Positions 51,695-64,000 of a stretch of DNA of 64,000 bases are shown here, piece after piece. Origin of the DNA: Mobula hypostoma. Taxonomy: Eukaryota. The position numbers and the translations under genes are program-made. Within the stretch, counting starts at the first letter, position 1. Each line of letters starts with the position of its first letter. Below the pieces are notes generated by a model that saw nothing but the letters and a program-made list of their open reading frames with translations, was not told the DNA's origin and made no database searches. Where the stretch lies: the NCBI RefSeq assembly GCF_963921235.1, contig NC_086100.1, forward strand, positions 201,440,001-201,504,000, written 5' to 3'.

Positions 51695-51890
51695 TTTGTA
51701 AAACCAAATAGAATTTGCAGGAAATCCATTGGAGAATGTGATTTTCCAGAGTACTGCACAGGCTCGTCCTCAAAGTGTCCTGTGAATATGTATAAGAAGA
51801 ATTTTTACCCCTGTGCAAATGGAACTTCCTATTGTTATAATGGTGCATGCCAGACTCTGCAAAGTCAATGTCAGAATATATGGGGACCAA
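51695..51890 (+). CDS. ADAM15-like exon: disintegrin loop and start of Cys-rich domain
   Basis: ttacAG|...|GTaagt, 196 nt, phase 0 to 1. FVKPNRICRKSIGECDFPEYCTGSSSKCPVNMYKKNFYPCANGTSYCYNGACQTLQSQCQNIWGP. Confidence 0.96.
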
Positions 51891-52479
51891 GTAAGTACAC
51901 AACAGATAGGAAGTGATCGGTTACACACAGGTTTTGTAGTGTTTGCTCACTTATTTTATTTTATTGCATCTATTAGCTTTGTTATATGTTTTAACATTGG
52001 TCAAAAAGAGTGAAATATTTAAAAATAGGGATCATTTTCATAAAGAGGAAGACTATTCAGATAAAAGGTTCTGGATATGGAATGTTACCTTTCACTTTTC
52101 ACTGACCTGATGTGTGTTTCCAGCATTTTTTGTTTTCACTTTAGATTTTCATGCCTGCACTTCCCTTCATTTTCATTTAGGTTAAGTAAATGATATATAA
52201 TTTTGAAATTAGGTGAGAGGCACAATGCTGAAGTGATTCAAGAAAGAAATTCCAGTGCATAATGAGGCAATAAAGAGAAAAGAGAAGTGAGATATGTTGA
52301 AGAAATTGGAATAATGGGCAATAAAGTGATTTTTTACATGGCTAAAGAAAGTTACTGGAGTAATTGAGGGAGATAGAGGGTTTGAAAACAAAGATGGGTA
52401 ATGTCAAAGATTAATACAGGCAGTGCCAGTCCAGGTACCACGGTGTCTGCAAGCAGAGAAATATGAGAGACGAAGAGTT

Positions 52480-55400
52480 AGGAGCATGGAAACAGGCCCT
52501 TCAGTACTACTCATCAATACCAACCAAGGTGTCCATCCGAGCTATTCCTGTTTGCCTAGATCCTTCTAAACCTGTCTAAATGCTTCCTCTAACAGATTGT
52601 TCTATATTCCTACCATCCTCTGTCTGGAAGAGGTGCCTCTCAGGTTCCTTTTAAATCTTTCCCTCTCACCTTAAAACCTCTCATCTACTCTTTTCAGAGT
52701 TTCCATATCATTCCCGTAATGGAGTGACCCCAGTTGCATACATTACTCTAAGTATGGTTACTCCAAAGTCTTACATAACTGCAGCGTGATTTTCTTATAC
52801 TCACTGCCCCAACCAATGAAAGCAAGCGTGCCATACACCGCCTTTATCACCCTGCCTACTTGTGTCACTATTTTCAGGGAGCTTTGAACAAGACCCCTCT
52901 GTACATCAAAATCTACCTGAATGTCACACATTGCCTCAGTACATTCATTCTGTACACTGATCAGTTCTGGGACATCTGCCGTTGGCAATAAATATAAATA
53001 ATTTGGACAAAGTATGTAGATGGGCTGGTTAGTCAGTTTTCAGATGTCACAGACATTAATAGAGTTTTTGATGTTGAGGAAAGTTGTCAAAGGATTTAGT
53101 AGAATATATACCAGATGGAAATCTGGGTAAGGAAATGGCAGATGGCGTATAATCCAGTCCAGAGCGATATATTTGAGAGGTCAAGTGGAAGAGATAAGTA
53201 TACAATGAATGGCAGGACCTTAGGTGCATTGATGTACAGATGGATCTTGGGGCAGAAAGATGCAAACTCAGCCAGTTCTATCGTGGGCACTAGCCTCCCC
53301 AGCATCAAGCACATCTTCAAAAGGTGATCCCTCAGAAAGGCAGCATGTATCATTAAAGACCCCCATCACCCAGGACATAACCTCTCCTCATTCCTACCAT
53401 CAGGGAGCCTGAACTTAGGAGAACAGTTGAACACATTCAACATGTTAGGAACAGCTTCTTCCCTTCCACCATCAGATTTCAGAATGGACAATAAACCTAT
53501 GTAAACTACCATACTTTTTTCTTTTTTTGCTTTCTTTTTGTACTACTTATTTAATGTAATTATATCTATATATAATTCCTATTCTAATGTATAGTTTTTT
53601 AAATTATGTAATGAATTTACTGTTGCCACAAAACAAAATATTTTATGACATATGCCAATGATATTAAACCTGATCCTAATTCTGTTTCTGATTCAAGACC
53701 ATAGCTCTCTGAAAGCAATAGTTATAGAATCCCTCACAGTTGCCACACAAGTTATGTTAAAAATTGTATAAGACGTTGGTGAGGCCTAATTTGGAGTATT
53801 GTGTGCAGCTTTGTTCACCTACCTACAGGAAAGATGTAAACAAGGTTGAAAGAGTACAGAGAAAATTGACAAGAATGTCACTGGGTCTGGAGGACCTGAA
53901 TAATAAGGAAACATTGAAGAGGTTAGGACTGTATTCTTTAAAATGTAGAAAATTGAGAGGAGATTTGATAGAGTTATATAAAATTATGAAAGATATAGAA
54001 AGGGTAAATACAAGCAGGCTTTTTCCAGTGACATTGGATGGGATTACAACCAGAAGTCATGGTTTAAGGGTGAAAGGTGAAAAGTTTAAGGGGAACATGA
54101 AGGAAAACCTCTTCACATGAGAGTGTTGAATGAGTCACCACTACAAGTGGTCCATGCAAGCTCATTTTCAACGTTTAAGAGAAGTTTCAATAGGTACATG
54201 GATAGTAGGGATATGGAGGGCAATGGTCCTGGTGCAGGTTGATGGGATTATGCAGTTTAAATAGTTTTGGTTACCTCACTATAGGAAGGACGTGGAAGCT
54301 TTAGAGAAGGTGCACAGATTTACCAAGATGCTACCTGGACTACAGGGCATGTCTTATGAAGATAGGTTGAGCGAACTAGGTTTTTCTCTTTGGAGCAATG
54401 GAAGGTGAGAGATGACTTGATAGAGGTCTTCTCTGATGATTGCATCATTTTGTGGTGGAAGGCTTGTATGTTCCTAAGATCCCGAGAATGGAGTTTAGCC
54501 ATCTGGCACTTAGTTCCTGATAAGATCACCTGTGGCAGTAAGGTCAAAGTGGAGGTACCAGACAAAGCATAGTCCAACCAAGATCTCAACGGTAGAGCTT
54601 GCGGAAGATGATGACACATCACAATGGTAGAGAAGGTGGAATAAGGGTGGAGCAGTGAAGGGTCCCCAGTCATCTTGCGTTTCGTACAACTGGACCCTGG
54701 GCCCGATCTGTTAATGACCATGTGGTGGCTGCCCATGTATCAGCCTCTGTACATGAAGCACAAGTTATGCACAGGCATTCACCATTCATGTGGCTCTCAG
54801 ATCGGCCACTAAAGCCACCTGGAGACCCACCATAGACGACCCCTTTGGAGAACATCATACTGAACTTGAGTGATTGCACCACTAGAAGTGTATGAGATAA
54901 GAGGCCTTTTCCCAGGATGGAAATGGCTTATACGAGGGGCATAATTTTAAGGTGATTGGAGGAAAGTATTCAGGGGAATGTAAAGGGTAAGTTCCTTACA
55001 CAGAGAGTGGAACACACTGCCAAGAGTGGTGGTAGAGGCAGATACATTAAGGGCATTTAAGAAACTCTTAAATAGGCACATGGATTATAGAAGACTGGAG
55101 GATTATGGAAGAGAGAAGGGTTAGATTCATCTTAGAGTAGGTTAAAAGTATGGCACAACTTGCTGACTCGAATATCCTGTACTATGGTGTAATGTTCTAT
55201 GTTCTGTAAGTAGATAGGGTGGTAATGAAAGTTTGTGGTATACTTGACTTCATTGGTTAGGACGCTGAGTATAAAAGTCAGGAAGTCATGTTACAGCTAT
55301 ATACAACTTTGGTTAGGTGACATTTGGAGTATTGCTTCTGGTTCTGTTGCTTCATTACAGGTAGGATGTGGAGACTTAGGAGAGGGTGCCAAAGATTATG

Positions 55401-56070
55401 AAGATGTTACCTGAATTAGAGGGTATGAGCTATTAGGAGAGTTTTGACAAACTTGGATTATTTCCTCTGAAGCACTGGAGAGACAGCCTGATAGAATTTA
55501 ATAAAATTGTGAGTGTCATAAATAGGGTAGATTGAATCTTTTCTCCGGGGTGGAAATGTCAAATGCTAAAAGCTATAGCATTAAGATGAGAGAGGGAAGT
55601 TTAAAGAAGATCATTCTGGCAAGCTTTTTTGCGAGGGGTGTAGATAACTAGAATGGTGGAAGTTGATTTGCTGGCAACATGTAAGAGGTATTTAGACACA
55701 CATATAGCCAGGCAGCGAATAGAGGCACATAGATGTGTGCAGATGAAATTTGTATTTCAGTTAGCACACCTATATTATATATAACATGTATATAGGCTAA
55801 TTCAGTCTCTCTCATGGACCTTCACAGCACTCTTCTCCCCCAGTGCATCCCTTTTTGGTAAGGAGGCAAGAATCAGTCTACAATGTATGGAGATATCTTC
55901 ACTCCTGTCCTCAGTTCTGTAGTAATAAAGGCCAACATACCAGTTGCCATCCCAAATGCCTTCTGCACCTTCATATTCTCTATGATTTGAGCACAAGCAT
56001 AACTAGGTATTTTTCAACATAAAGACAGAGGTTTAAAGTGAGAAGGGAAAGATTTAAAAGAGACCTGATA
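52480..56070. mobile_element. Mosaic of CR1, Rex1-type and RTE-like fragments
   Basis: LVRPNLEYCVQL (53764-54120), Rex1-type 3' end at about 53250-53695, further CR1 3' ends. Confidence 0.8.
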
Positions 56071-56293
56071 GTCCCATTAAGATGAGCTATCCATGTATTT
56101 GTGGTCTTTCTGTAGAATAAAAGTATCCAGAGCCCTGTCAGTTATTGTATTGGAGAGAATTAGAATTGTGATTATGTTGCTTACCAGGAAAGGAAGTTTT
56201 TGGGTTTTTCTTTTCAAATGTTTATATTTTAAGCATAAAATATCAATGTAAGTTGGGTTATGTTTAACACATTTTATTTTTCCTTCTTTCCAG

Positions 56294-56402
56294 CTTCTGT
56301 TCCCAGTCCCATTTTGTGTTATTGGTACATGAACATCATAGGAAATCAGTTTGGAAACTGCGGCCGGAAAGACGATGGTTCCTTTCTGAGTTGCCCGATA
56401 AA
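56294..56402 (+). CDS. ADAM15-like exon: Cys-rich domain
   Basis: ttctttccAG|...|GTaagt, 109 nt, phase 1 to 2. (T)SVPSPILCYWYMNIIGNQFGNCGRKDDGSFLSCPI. Confidence 0.93.
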
Positions 56403-56869
56403 GTAAGTAAAAATATCCAGTGAGTGCTGTCTTCCGCCCATGCAGTCTAAGGAGATTGTGGTGCTAATCCTCACTGGAAGCAAAAGTAAGATATTTCATA
56501 CAGAGCTGTGTCATTGGATGCAGGCTGACCTATCTCTTAAGAATGATCAAAATATATAGGTCAGCATATCATTGTGCGCAGAAGGTCTAAACGACCATAG
56601 AGTGCTGTAGTATTCAGTGAGCAATCTGTTCACTTCAAGTATTTAAACCAACATCTCATGCAGTCAGTTCTTTGGGATTGATGATGTCTGAACTGCATAT
56701 GTTCCACAGTTTGGCTGGTCAAATTCCTATCAAATGGGACCAACTGTATTTTGGATCAAGGAGTAGCAACCTTGTTCTTGACCCTAACACCAGAGGGAGT
56801 GACTATCTCATGCTCATTTTTATTCTTTATTAGTTCAGATAAAGCTCCCAAAGATGAGAGAAGTAGGTA

Positions 56870-57550
56870 TTAGATTAGATTAGATTATGAGGACACTCAG
56901 TCCTTGTTTATTGTCATTTAGAAATGCATGCATTAAAAATGATACAACGTTCCTCCAGAATGATATCACAGAAAAACAGGACAAACCAAAGACTAACACT
57001 GACCACATAATTATAACATATAGTGACGGCAGTGCAAAGCAATACCATAATTTGATAAAGAGCAGACCATGGCCATGGTAAAAAAAAGTCTCAAAGTTCC
57101 GATCGACTCCCGATAGTCCCGCTAGCAGGCGGCAAAAGGGAGAAACTCTCCCTGCCATAAACCTCCAGGCGCCGACAACTGCCGATGCATTGTAAGCACC
57201 CGACCACAACCGACTCTGAGTCCGTCCAAAAACTTCAAACCTCCGACCAGCCCTCCGATATTGAGCACCGAGCACCATCTCTGCCGAGCGCTTCAACCCC
57301 GCCCCGGCCGCCAAGCAATAAGCAAAGCCGAGGATTTGGGGCCTTCCCCTCTGGAGATTTCGGATCACACAGTAGCAGCGGCAGTGAAGAAGGCAGTTCA
57401 GAAGTTTCTCCAGATGTTCCTCCGTGCTCTCACGTCTGTCTCCATCAAATTAGGATTGTGCACGGCACCCTACTTGACAGATAACAGATATCATTCACCG
57501 GAGTGGCCACTGCACGCTGTGTCGCACCGCCATCTTCTCCTCCTCCTCTT
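56870..57550 (-). mobile_element. Non-coding retroposon with LINE-like 3' tail
   Basis: Minus strand starts ggaggagaagatggcg and ends aataaa...gtcctcataatctaatcta, a tail also seen at about 28480-28560. Confidence 0.55.
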
Positions 57551-57639
57551 TATCTGTATTATCTGAAATATTAAGAGAAAAAATTAGCGTGAGATAGTCA
57601 GTCACTGCCTCTGATTATAGCTTATCTATTCAGATCTAA

Positions 57640-60600
57640 TCTAATCTAATTGGTGGGCTACATCATTACAAACCACACAATAGTCCATGGGATTTAGAAG
57701 AACAATTTTATAGAAATCACAGACTGTTGCAAGAAACATAAGGTTGTGATAGTAGGTGATTTTAACTATCCACATATTGACTGGGACTCCCACGCTGTAA
57801 AATGAGATAGAGATGAGATAGAGTTTGTCAGATGTATTCAGGAAAGGTTCCTTAATCAGTATATAATCAGTACAGTCCCAATGGAAGAGTGTGTGTTACC
57901 TGACCTACTATAAGAGAATGTGACAGAATAGGTGACTGGAGAATACTTTGCATCTAGTGATAATAATGCCATTAGTTTCAAAGTAACTATGGAAAAAGAC
58001 AGGTCTGGTCCACGGGTTGAGATTCTAAATTGGAGAAAGGCCAATTTTGGTGGTCTCAGAAAGGATCTGGCATGTGTGTATTGGGACAGGCTGTTTTCTG
58101 ACAAAGGTGTACTTGGTGTACTTTAACTTCAAAAGTTAAATTCTGAGAGTACGAAACATACAGCCTGTCAGAATAAAAGGTAAAGGTAACAGGTTTAGGG
58201 AACCTTGGTTTTCAAGAGACATTGTGACCCTGGTTAAAAAAAAAGGAGCTGCATAGTATGTACAGGTACAAATGAGGTAGGTATGGAGTACAAGAATTGC
58301 AAGAGAACACTTCAGAAAGAAATCAGGAGGGCTAAAAAAAAAGGTATGAAGTTGCTCTAGCAGACAAGTTGAAGGAGAATCCTAACAGATTCTAAGAGAT
58401 GTTAAGAGCAAAAGAATTGCAAGGGATAAAATTGGTCCTCTGGAAGATCAGAATGGTAATCCATATGAGGAGCCAAAAGAGATGGGGGAGATCTTATATT
58501 AATTTTTTTGCATCTGTATTTACTCAGGAGTCAGACACAGAGTCTATAGAAGTGAGGCAAAGCAGCATCAACTTCATGGACCCAAAACAGAATACAGAAA
58601 TGGAGGTGCTTATTGTCTTGAGGCAAATCAGTGTGGGTAAATCCCCAGATCCTGACAAGGTGTTACTTCAGACCCTGTGGGAGGCAAGGGCAGAAAATGC
58701 AAGGGCCCTCGCAGAGATATTTAATCATACTTAGCGACAGGTGAGGTGCCGAAGGATTGGAGGATAGTTAATGTTGTTGTGCTGTTTAAGAAAGGCCCTA
58801 AAAATAAACCAGGTAATTGTAGGCCGCTGAGCCTGGCATCAGTAGTGGGAAAGGAATTGGAAGGTATTCTAAGGGACCGGATATATGAGTATTTGGATAG
58901 AACATGGACTGATGTGGGATAGTCAGCATGATTTTGTGCATGGTAGGTCATCCGCAACCAATCTTAGAGTTTTTCAAGTAACTTACCAGAAATGTTGATG
59001 AAGACAAGGTAGTGGATGTTGTCTACATGGACTTTAGCATTTGACAAGGTCCTGCATGTGAGATTAGACAGGAAGGTTCAGTCACTCGGCATTCAAGATC
59101 AAGTAGTAAATTAGATTGGACATTCGTTTCGTGGGAGAAGCCAGTGATTGATAGTATATGGTTGCCTCGCTCAATGGTAGCCTGTGTCTAGTGGAATGCC
59201 ACAGGGATCAGTGCTGAGTCCATTGTTGTTTGTCATCTATATCAGTGATCTGAATGATAATGCTGTTAACTGGATCAGCAAATTTGCGGATGACAACAAG
59301 ACTGGGAGTGTACTGGACAGTGAAAAAGACAATCAGAGCTCGCAGTGGGATCTGGACCAGCCGGAAAAATTAGCTAAAATATAGCAGATGGAATTTAATG
59401 CAGACAAGTACACGGTGTTGCTCTTTGGTTGGACCAACCAGGGTAGACCTTACACAGTGAACAGTAGGATACTGAGGAGTGCTGTAGAGCAAAGCAATCT
59501 GGGAATAGAGGTCCATAATTTATTGAAGGTGGTGTCATAGGTAGATAGGTACATAAAGAAAGCTTTTGGCATATTGTCCATAAATCAAAGTATTGAGTAC
59601 AGGAGATGGAATGTTATGTTGAAGTTGTGCAAGACGTTGGTGAGCCCTAATTTGGAGTCCTGTCACCACCTACAGGAAACATGTAAATAAGGGTGAAAAA
59701 GTATAGATACAATTTACAAGGATGTTGCTGCGACTGGATGACCATGAATTATAAACAAAGATTGAATAGGTTAGGACTGTGTTCCTTGCAACATAGAAGA
59801 TTAGGAGAGCTAAAAGGGGCCATGAGAAGGCCTTGGTGAGCAGGATTAAGGAAAACCCCAAGGCATTCTACAAGTATGTGAAGAGCAAGAGGATGAACAA
59901 TCAGGTGTGATAGTGGAAACATCAGGTGGAGGTAGCGGAGGTACTTAATATTTTGCTTCAATATTCACCAGTGAAAAGGACCTTGGCAATTGTGGGGATG
60001 ACTAACAGCAGACTGAAATGCTTCAGTGCATAGACATTAAGAAAGAGGATGTGCTGGATCTTTTGAAAGGTATTAAGTTAGATAAATTCCTGGGACCGGA
60101 CGAGATATACCCAGGCTACTGTGGGAAGCAAGGGAGGAGATTTCTGAGCCTCTGGTGATGACCTTTGCATCATCAATAGGGACAGGAGAAGTACCAGAGG
60201 ATTGGAAAATTACAAATGTTGTTCCCTTGTTCAAGAAAGGGAGTAGAGATAACCCAGAAAATTGTAGGCCAGTGAGTCTGACTTCAGTGGTGGGCAAGTT
60301 GTTGGAGAAGATCCTGAGAGACAGGATCTATGAGCATTTGGAGAGACATAATCTGATTACGGATAGTCAGCATAGTTTTGTCAAGGGCAGGTTGTGCCTT
60401 ATGAACCTAACTGGATTCTTTGAGGATGTAACAAAACACATTGATGAAGTTAGAGCAGCGGATGTAGTGTATATGGATTTCAGTAAGGCATTTGATAAGG
60501 TTCCCCATGCCAGGCTCATTCAGAAAGTAAGGAGGCATAGGATCCAAGGGGATATTGCTTTGTAGATCCAGAACTGGCTTCCCCACAGAAAGCAAAGGGT

Positions 60601-61830
60601 GGTTGTAGATGGTTCCTATTCTGTATGAAGGTCAGTGACCAGTGGTGTACTGCAGGGATCTGTTCTGGGACCCCTCCACTTTGTGATTTTTATAAGTAAC
60701 CTAGTTGAGGAAGTAGAAGGGTGGGTTAGTAAGTTTGCTGATGATACAAAAGTTGGGGGTGTTGTGGATAGTCTGGAGGGTTGTCAGAGGTTACATTGGG
60801 ACATCGATAGGATGCAGAACTGGGCTGAGAAGTAGCAGATGGAGTTCAACCCAGATAAGTGTGAAGTGGTTCATTTCTGTAGGTCAAATTTGAAGACGGA
60901 AGGTAGTATTAATGGTAAGACTCGACAGTATGGATCTTGGGGGTCCATAGCCATCAGACACTCGGAGCTGCTGCGCGGGTTGACAGTTATTAAGAAGGCG
61001 GATGCCTTCATCAACCACGGGATTGAGTTCAAGAGCCGAGAGGTAATGTTACAGCTATATAAGACCATAGTTAGAACCCACTGTGTTCAGTTCTGCTCAC
61101 CTCATTACAGGAAGGAAGTAGATACTATAGAGAGAGTGCAGAGGAGATTTACAAGGATGTTGCCTGGATTGGAGAGCATGCCTTATGAGAATAGGTTGAG
61201 TGAACTTGGCCTTTTCTCCTTGGAGCAATGGTGGGTGAAAGGTGACCTGTTGGATAAGATGATGAGAGGCATTGATTGTGTGGATAGCCAGAAGCTTTTA
61301 TCTAGGGCTGAAATGGCTAACATGAAGGGGAACAGTTTTAAGGTGCTTGGAAGTAGGTTCAATGGGAATGTCAGAGGTAAGTCTTTCACACAGAGAATGG
61401 TGGATGTGTGGAATGCACTGCCAGCGAAGGTGATAGAGACGGATCAATAGGGTCTTTTAAGAGACTCTTAGATAAGTACACGGAGCTTAGAAAAATAGAG
61501 GGCTATGTGGTAGGGAAATTCTAGGCAGCTTCTAGAGTAGGTTACGTGGTCGGTGCAACATTGTGAGCTGAAGGGCCTGTAATGTGCTGTAGATTCTCTG
61601 TATATCTATTCAGGGGAAATTTGATAAAGGTATACAAAATTATGAGGGGTATAGATAGGGTAAATACAGGCAGGCCTTTTTATCTGTGGTTGGATGGGAC
61701 TGCAACCAGACGTCATGGCTTAAGGGTGAACGGCAGAAGTTTTAAGGGGAACATGAAGGGAAACTTGTTCACTCAGAGTTGTGAGAGTGTGGACTGAGCT
61801 GCCAGCCCAATTGGTGCATGTGAACTCGAT
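57640..61830 (+). mobile_element. Nested CR1 ORF2 copies
   Basis: Outer copy at about 57640-59800 and 61610-61830. Inner copy at about 59800-61600 (YMDFSKAFDKV, QGSVLGP, KFADDTK). Confidence 0.9.
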
Positions 61831-62039
61831 ATAAACACACACAAATCAATGAAACAAAATTCCTCCAGACCGTGGTGCACCCAAAAACCATACATCACAC
61901 ACAACACATAAGAAAAATATTACCCTAATGAATCCCACTTACTATTTGAGCACAGTCCAACTCCAAAAATCATGCCCAATCAGTAAGCAGGAGCACGAGA
62001 AGAAGTGGTGATTTCATTTGTCCGCAGCTGAAGATTAAA

Positions 62040-64000
62040 AAAGGCAGCACTTTGCAGCAGTTTTTGGAGTTGAACTGCATCCAATCAGGAACAGGAGCAT
62101 AAGAAGAGGCAGTGATGTCATTTAGGTTTGCAGCCTAAGATTAAAAAAGGCAATTTCAGCACCCAGTTAGTGAGTGGGATTCATTAGGAAGGGCGAATGA
62201 AAATAAGCAGGGGCAAGCAGAGTGGCCATTGAGAGAATGGGTCAGTGTTGGATTGGCTTTGGCTCATCAGGCTTGGGTGAGGTAAGTATCTGGCAAGTTT
62301 GTTTTTTCTTCTTTATTCCTCATCTGTTAAGACACAGTTTGTGCAATGAGAATAGATCCAGGGACTGTGATTTTTTTTTTCTGTGTGTGAGATGTGAGAA
62401 TTCTGGGAAACCTCCAACCTCCTGGGTAACCACATCTGCACCGGCCTCAGAGTATGTGTTAAGGAACTGGAGCTGCATCTCCATCTTCAGCTATACGGGA
62501 GACTGAGGAAGTGATAGGTAGGAGCTACAGGTAGGTTGCAGGAGACAGGTAGCTGGGTGACTGTCAGGAGAAGGGAGGGATGTGGGCATCCAGTGCTGAG
62601 TATTACTATGGCCATTCCCCTCAATAATAAGTATACTACTTTGAATACTGTTAAGGGGGATAACCTACCATGGGGGGCTGCAGCGACCAGGTCTCTAACA
62701 CTGAATCTCATGCTACAGCTCAGAAGAGAAGAGAGGTGTAGAGAACTGCAGTAGGAACTTCCATAAATAGAGAAATATTGATTGATTGGAAAGTTGAGCC
62801 TACTGGACCTGAACACCTCCCTCTGCAACTGGATCCTAGACTTCCTGACTAGGAGACCTCAGTCAGTCCGGATCGGAAGCAGCATCTCCAATACCATCAC
62901 ACTGAGCACGGGGGCCCCCCAGGGCTGTGTGCTCAGTCCACTGCTGTTCAATCTGCTGACCCACAACTGTGCTGCAACACAGCTCGAACCACATCATCAA
63001 GTTCGCCGATGACACGACCATGGTGGGTCTTATCAGTAAGAACAATGAGTCACAGCGAGTACAGCGAGGCGGTGCTGCGTAGTAGTGTAGTTTAGTTTTT
63101 GTGTTGTTTTACGTAGTTCAGTGTAGTTTTTGTATTGTTTCATGTAGCATCATGGTCCTGAAAAATGTTGTCTTGTTTTTACTGTGTACTGTACCAGCAG
63201 TTATGGTCGAAATGACAATAAAAAGTGACTTGACTTGACTTGACTTGAATAGAGACGAGATTCTGTGGACATGGTAGAGATACCCACAGGATATGTTGCC
63301 TCCCAGGTGCCAGGGTCAGTAGTGTCTCATTTTGGGTCCATAACATTCTGAAGGGGGAGGATGAACAGCCAGAAGTCTTGGCATGAGTGAATTACTGTAG
63401 GTAGGAAAGGTGAGGAGATCCTGAAGAGAGATTTTAAGGAGCTAGGTAGAAAGCAGAAAAAAAGAGCCTCCATGGTGGTACTCTCTGGATCACTGCCTAT
63501 GCCACATACCTGTGGAGGTAAGAATAGGATGATTTGACAGATAAATGTTTGGCTGAAGAAGTGGTGCAGGGGGGCAGTGGTTCAGATTTCTGGATCATTG
63601 GGATTTGTTTCGGGGAAGGTATGACCTCTACAAAAGAGACGGGTTACACCGAAACCCAAAGGGGACCAATATTATTGCTCGAGCTGTTCAGGAGGGTTTA
63701 AACTTATTTGGCAGGGGGGTGGGAACTAGAATGATGGTGATGAAGATGGGGTAATTGGTTTACAGACAGAGGCAGTGTGTAGTGAGTCTGCTAGCAAGGA
63801 GAGGCTGATGATCGGGAAAACTTACAAGTCAGCAGGATGAGCTGCAATGTAAAAGAGGGACTTATTCGAAAATGGTGATGAATACACCCTGAAGGTGTTG
63901 TGTTTGAATGTGCACAGTACACAGAATAAGGTAGATGAACTTGTAGCATAGTTACAGATTGGCATGTATGGCATTGTGGGTATCACTGAATCATGGCTTA
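62040..64000 (+). mobile_element. CR1 5' region (ORF1 to start of ORF2) with a Rex1-type insertion at about 62780-63250
   Basis: ORF1 remnants WVTVRR, IPLNNKYTTL, CCLPGARV and RFLDHW. The insertion has [11 protein letters not shown] and a (gactt)n tail. Confidence 0.82.

Overview
Eukaryotic, repeat-dense vertebrate DNA. The mix of CR1, Rex1-type, Penelope-type and Helitron families suggests a cartilaginous fish such as a ray (inference). The only host gene is on the + strand: five internal GT-AG exons (13342-13484, 26867-27044, 45997-46089, 51695-51890, 56294-56402) splice in frame into the metalloprotease end, disintegrin and Cys-rich region of an ADAM protein, most like ADAM15 (ADAM12/15/19/33 group). 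Its zinc-binding motif reads HGIGHNLGIDHD, so the catalytic Glu is replaced by Gly, making it a candidate pseudo-protease. The introns are mostly nested transposable elements. These include a class I (gamma/epsilon-like) endogenous retrovirus with a 2H-phosphoesterase-like domain and an in-frame deletion of the RT core, a Tc1 element split by about 12 kb of insertions, a Chapaev3-like transposon with TIRs and a 3-bp TSD, two Helitrons, a hAT MITE, tRNA-SINEs, Penelope-type ends with decayed hammerhead motifs, and a minisatellite with higher-order structure. There is no CRISPR array and no prokaryotic system. Family assignments come from motif recognition only, and TE boundaries are approximate unless termini or TSDs are cited.
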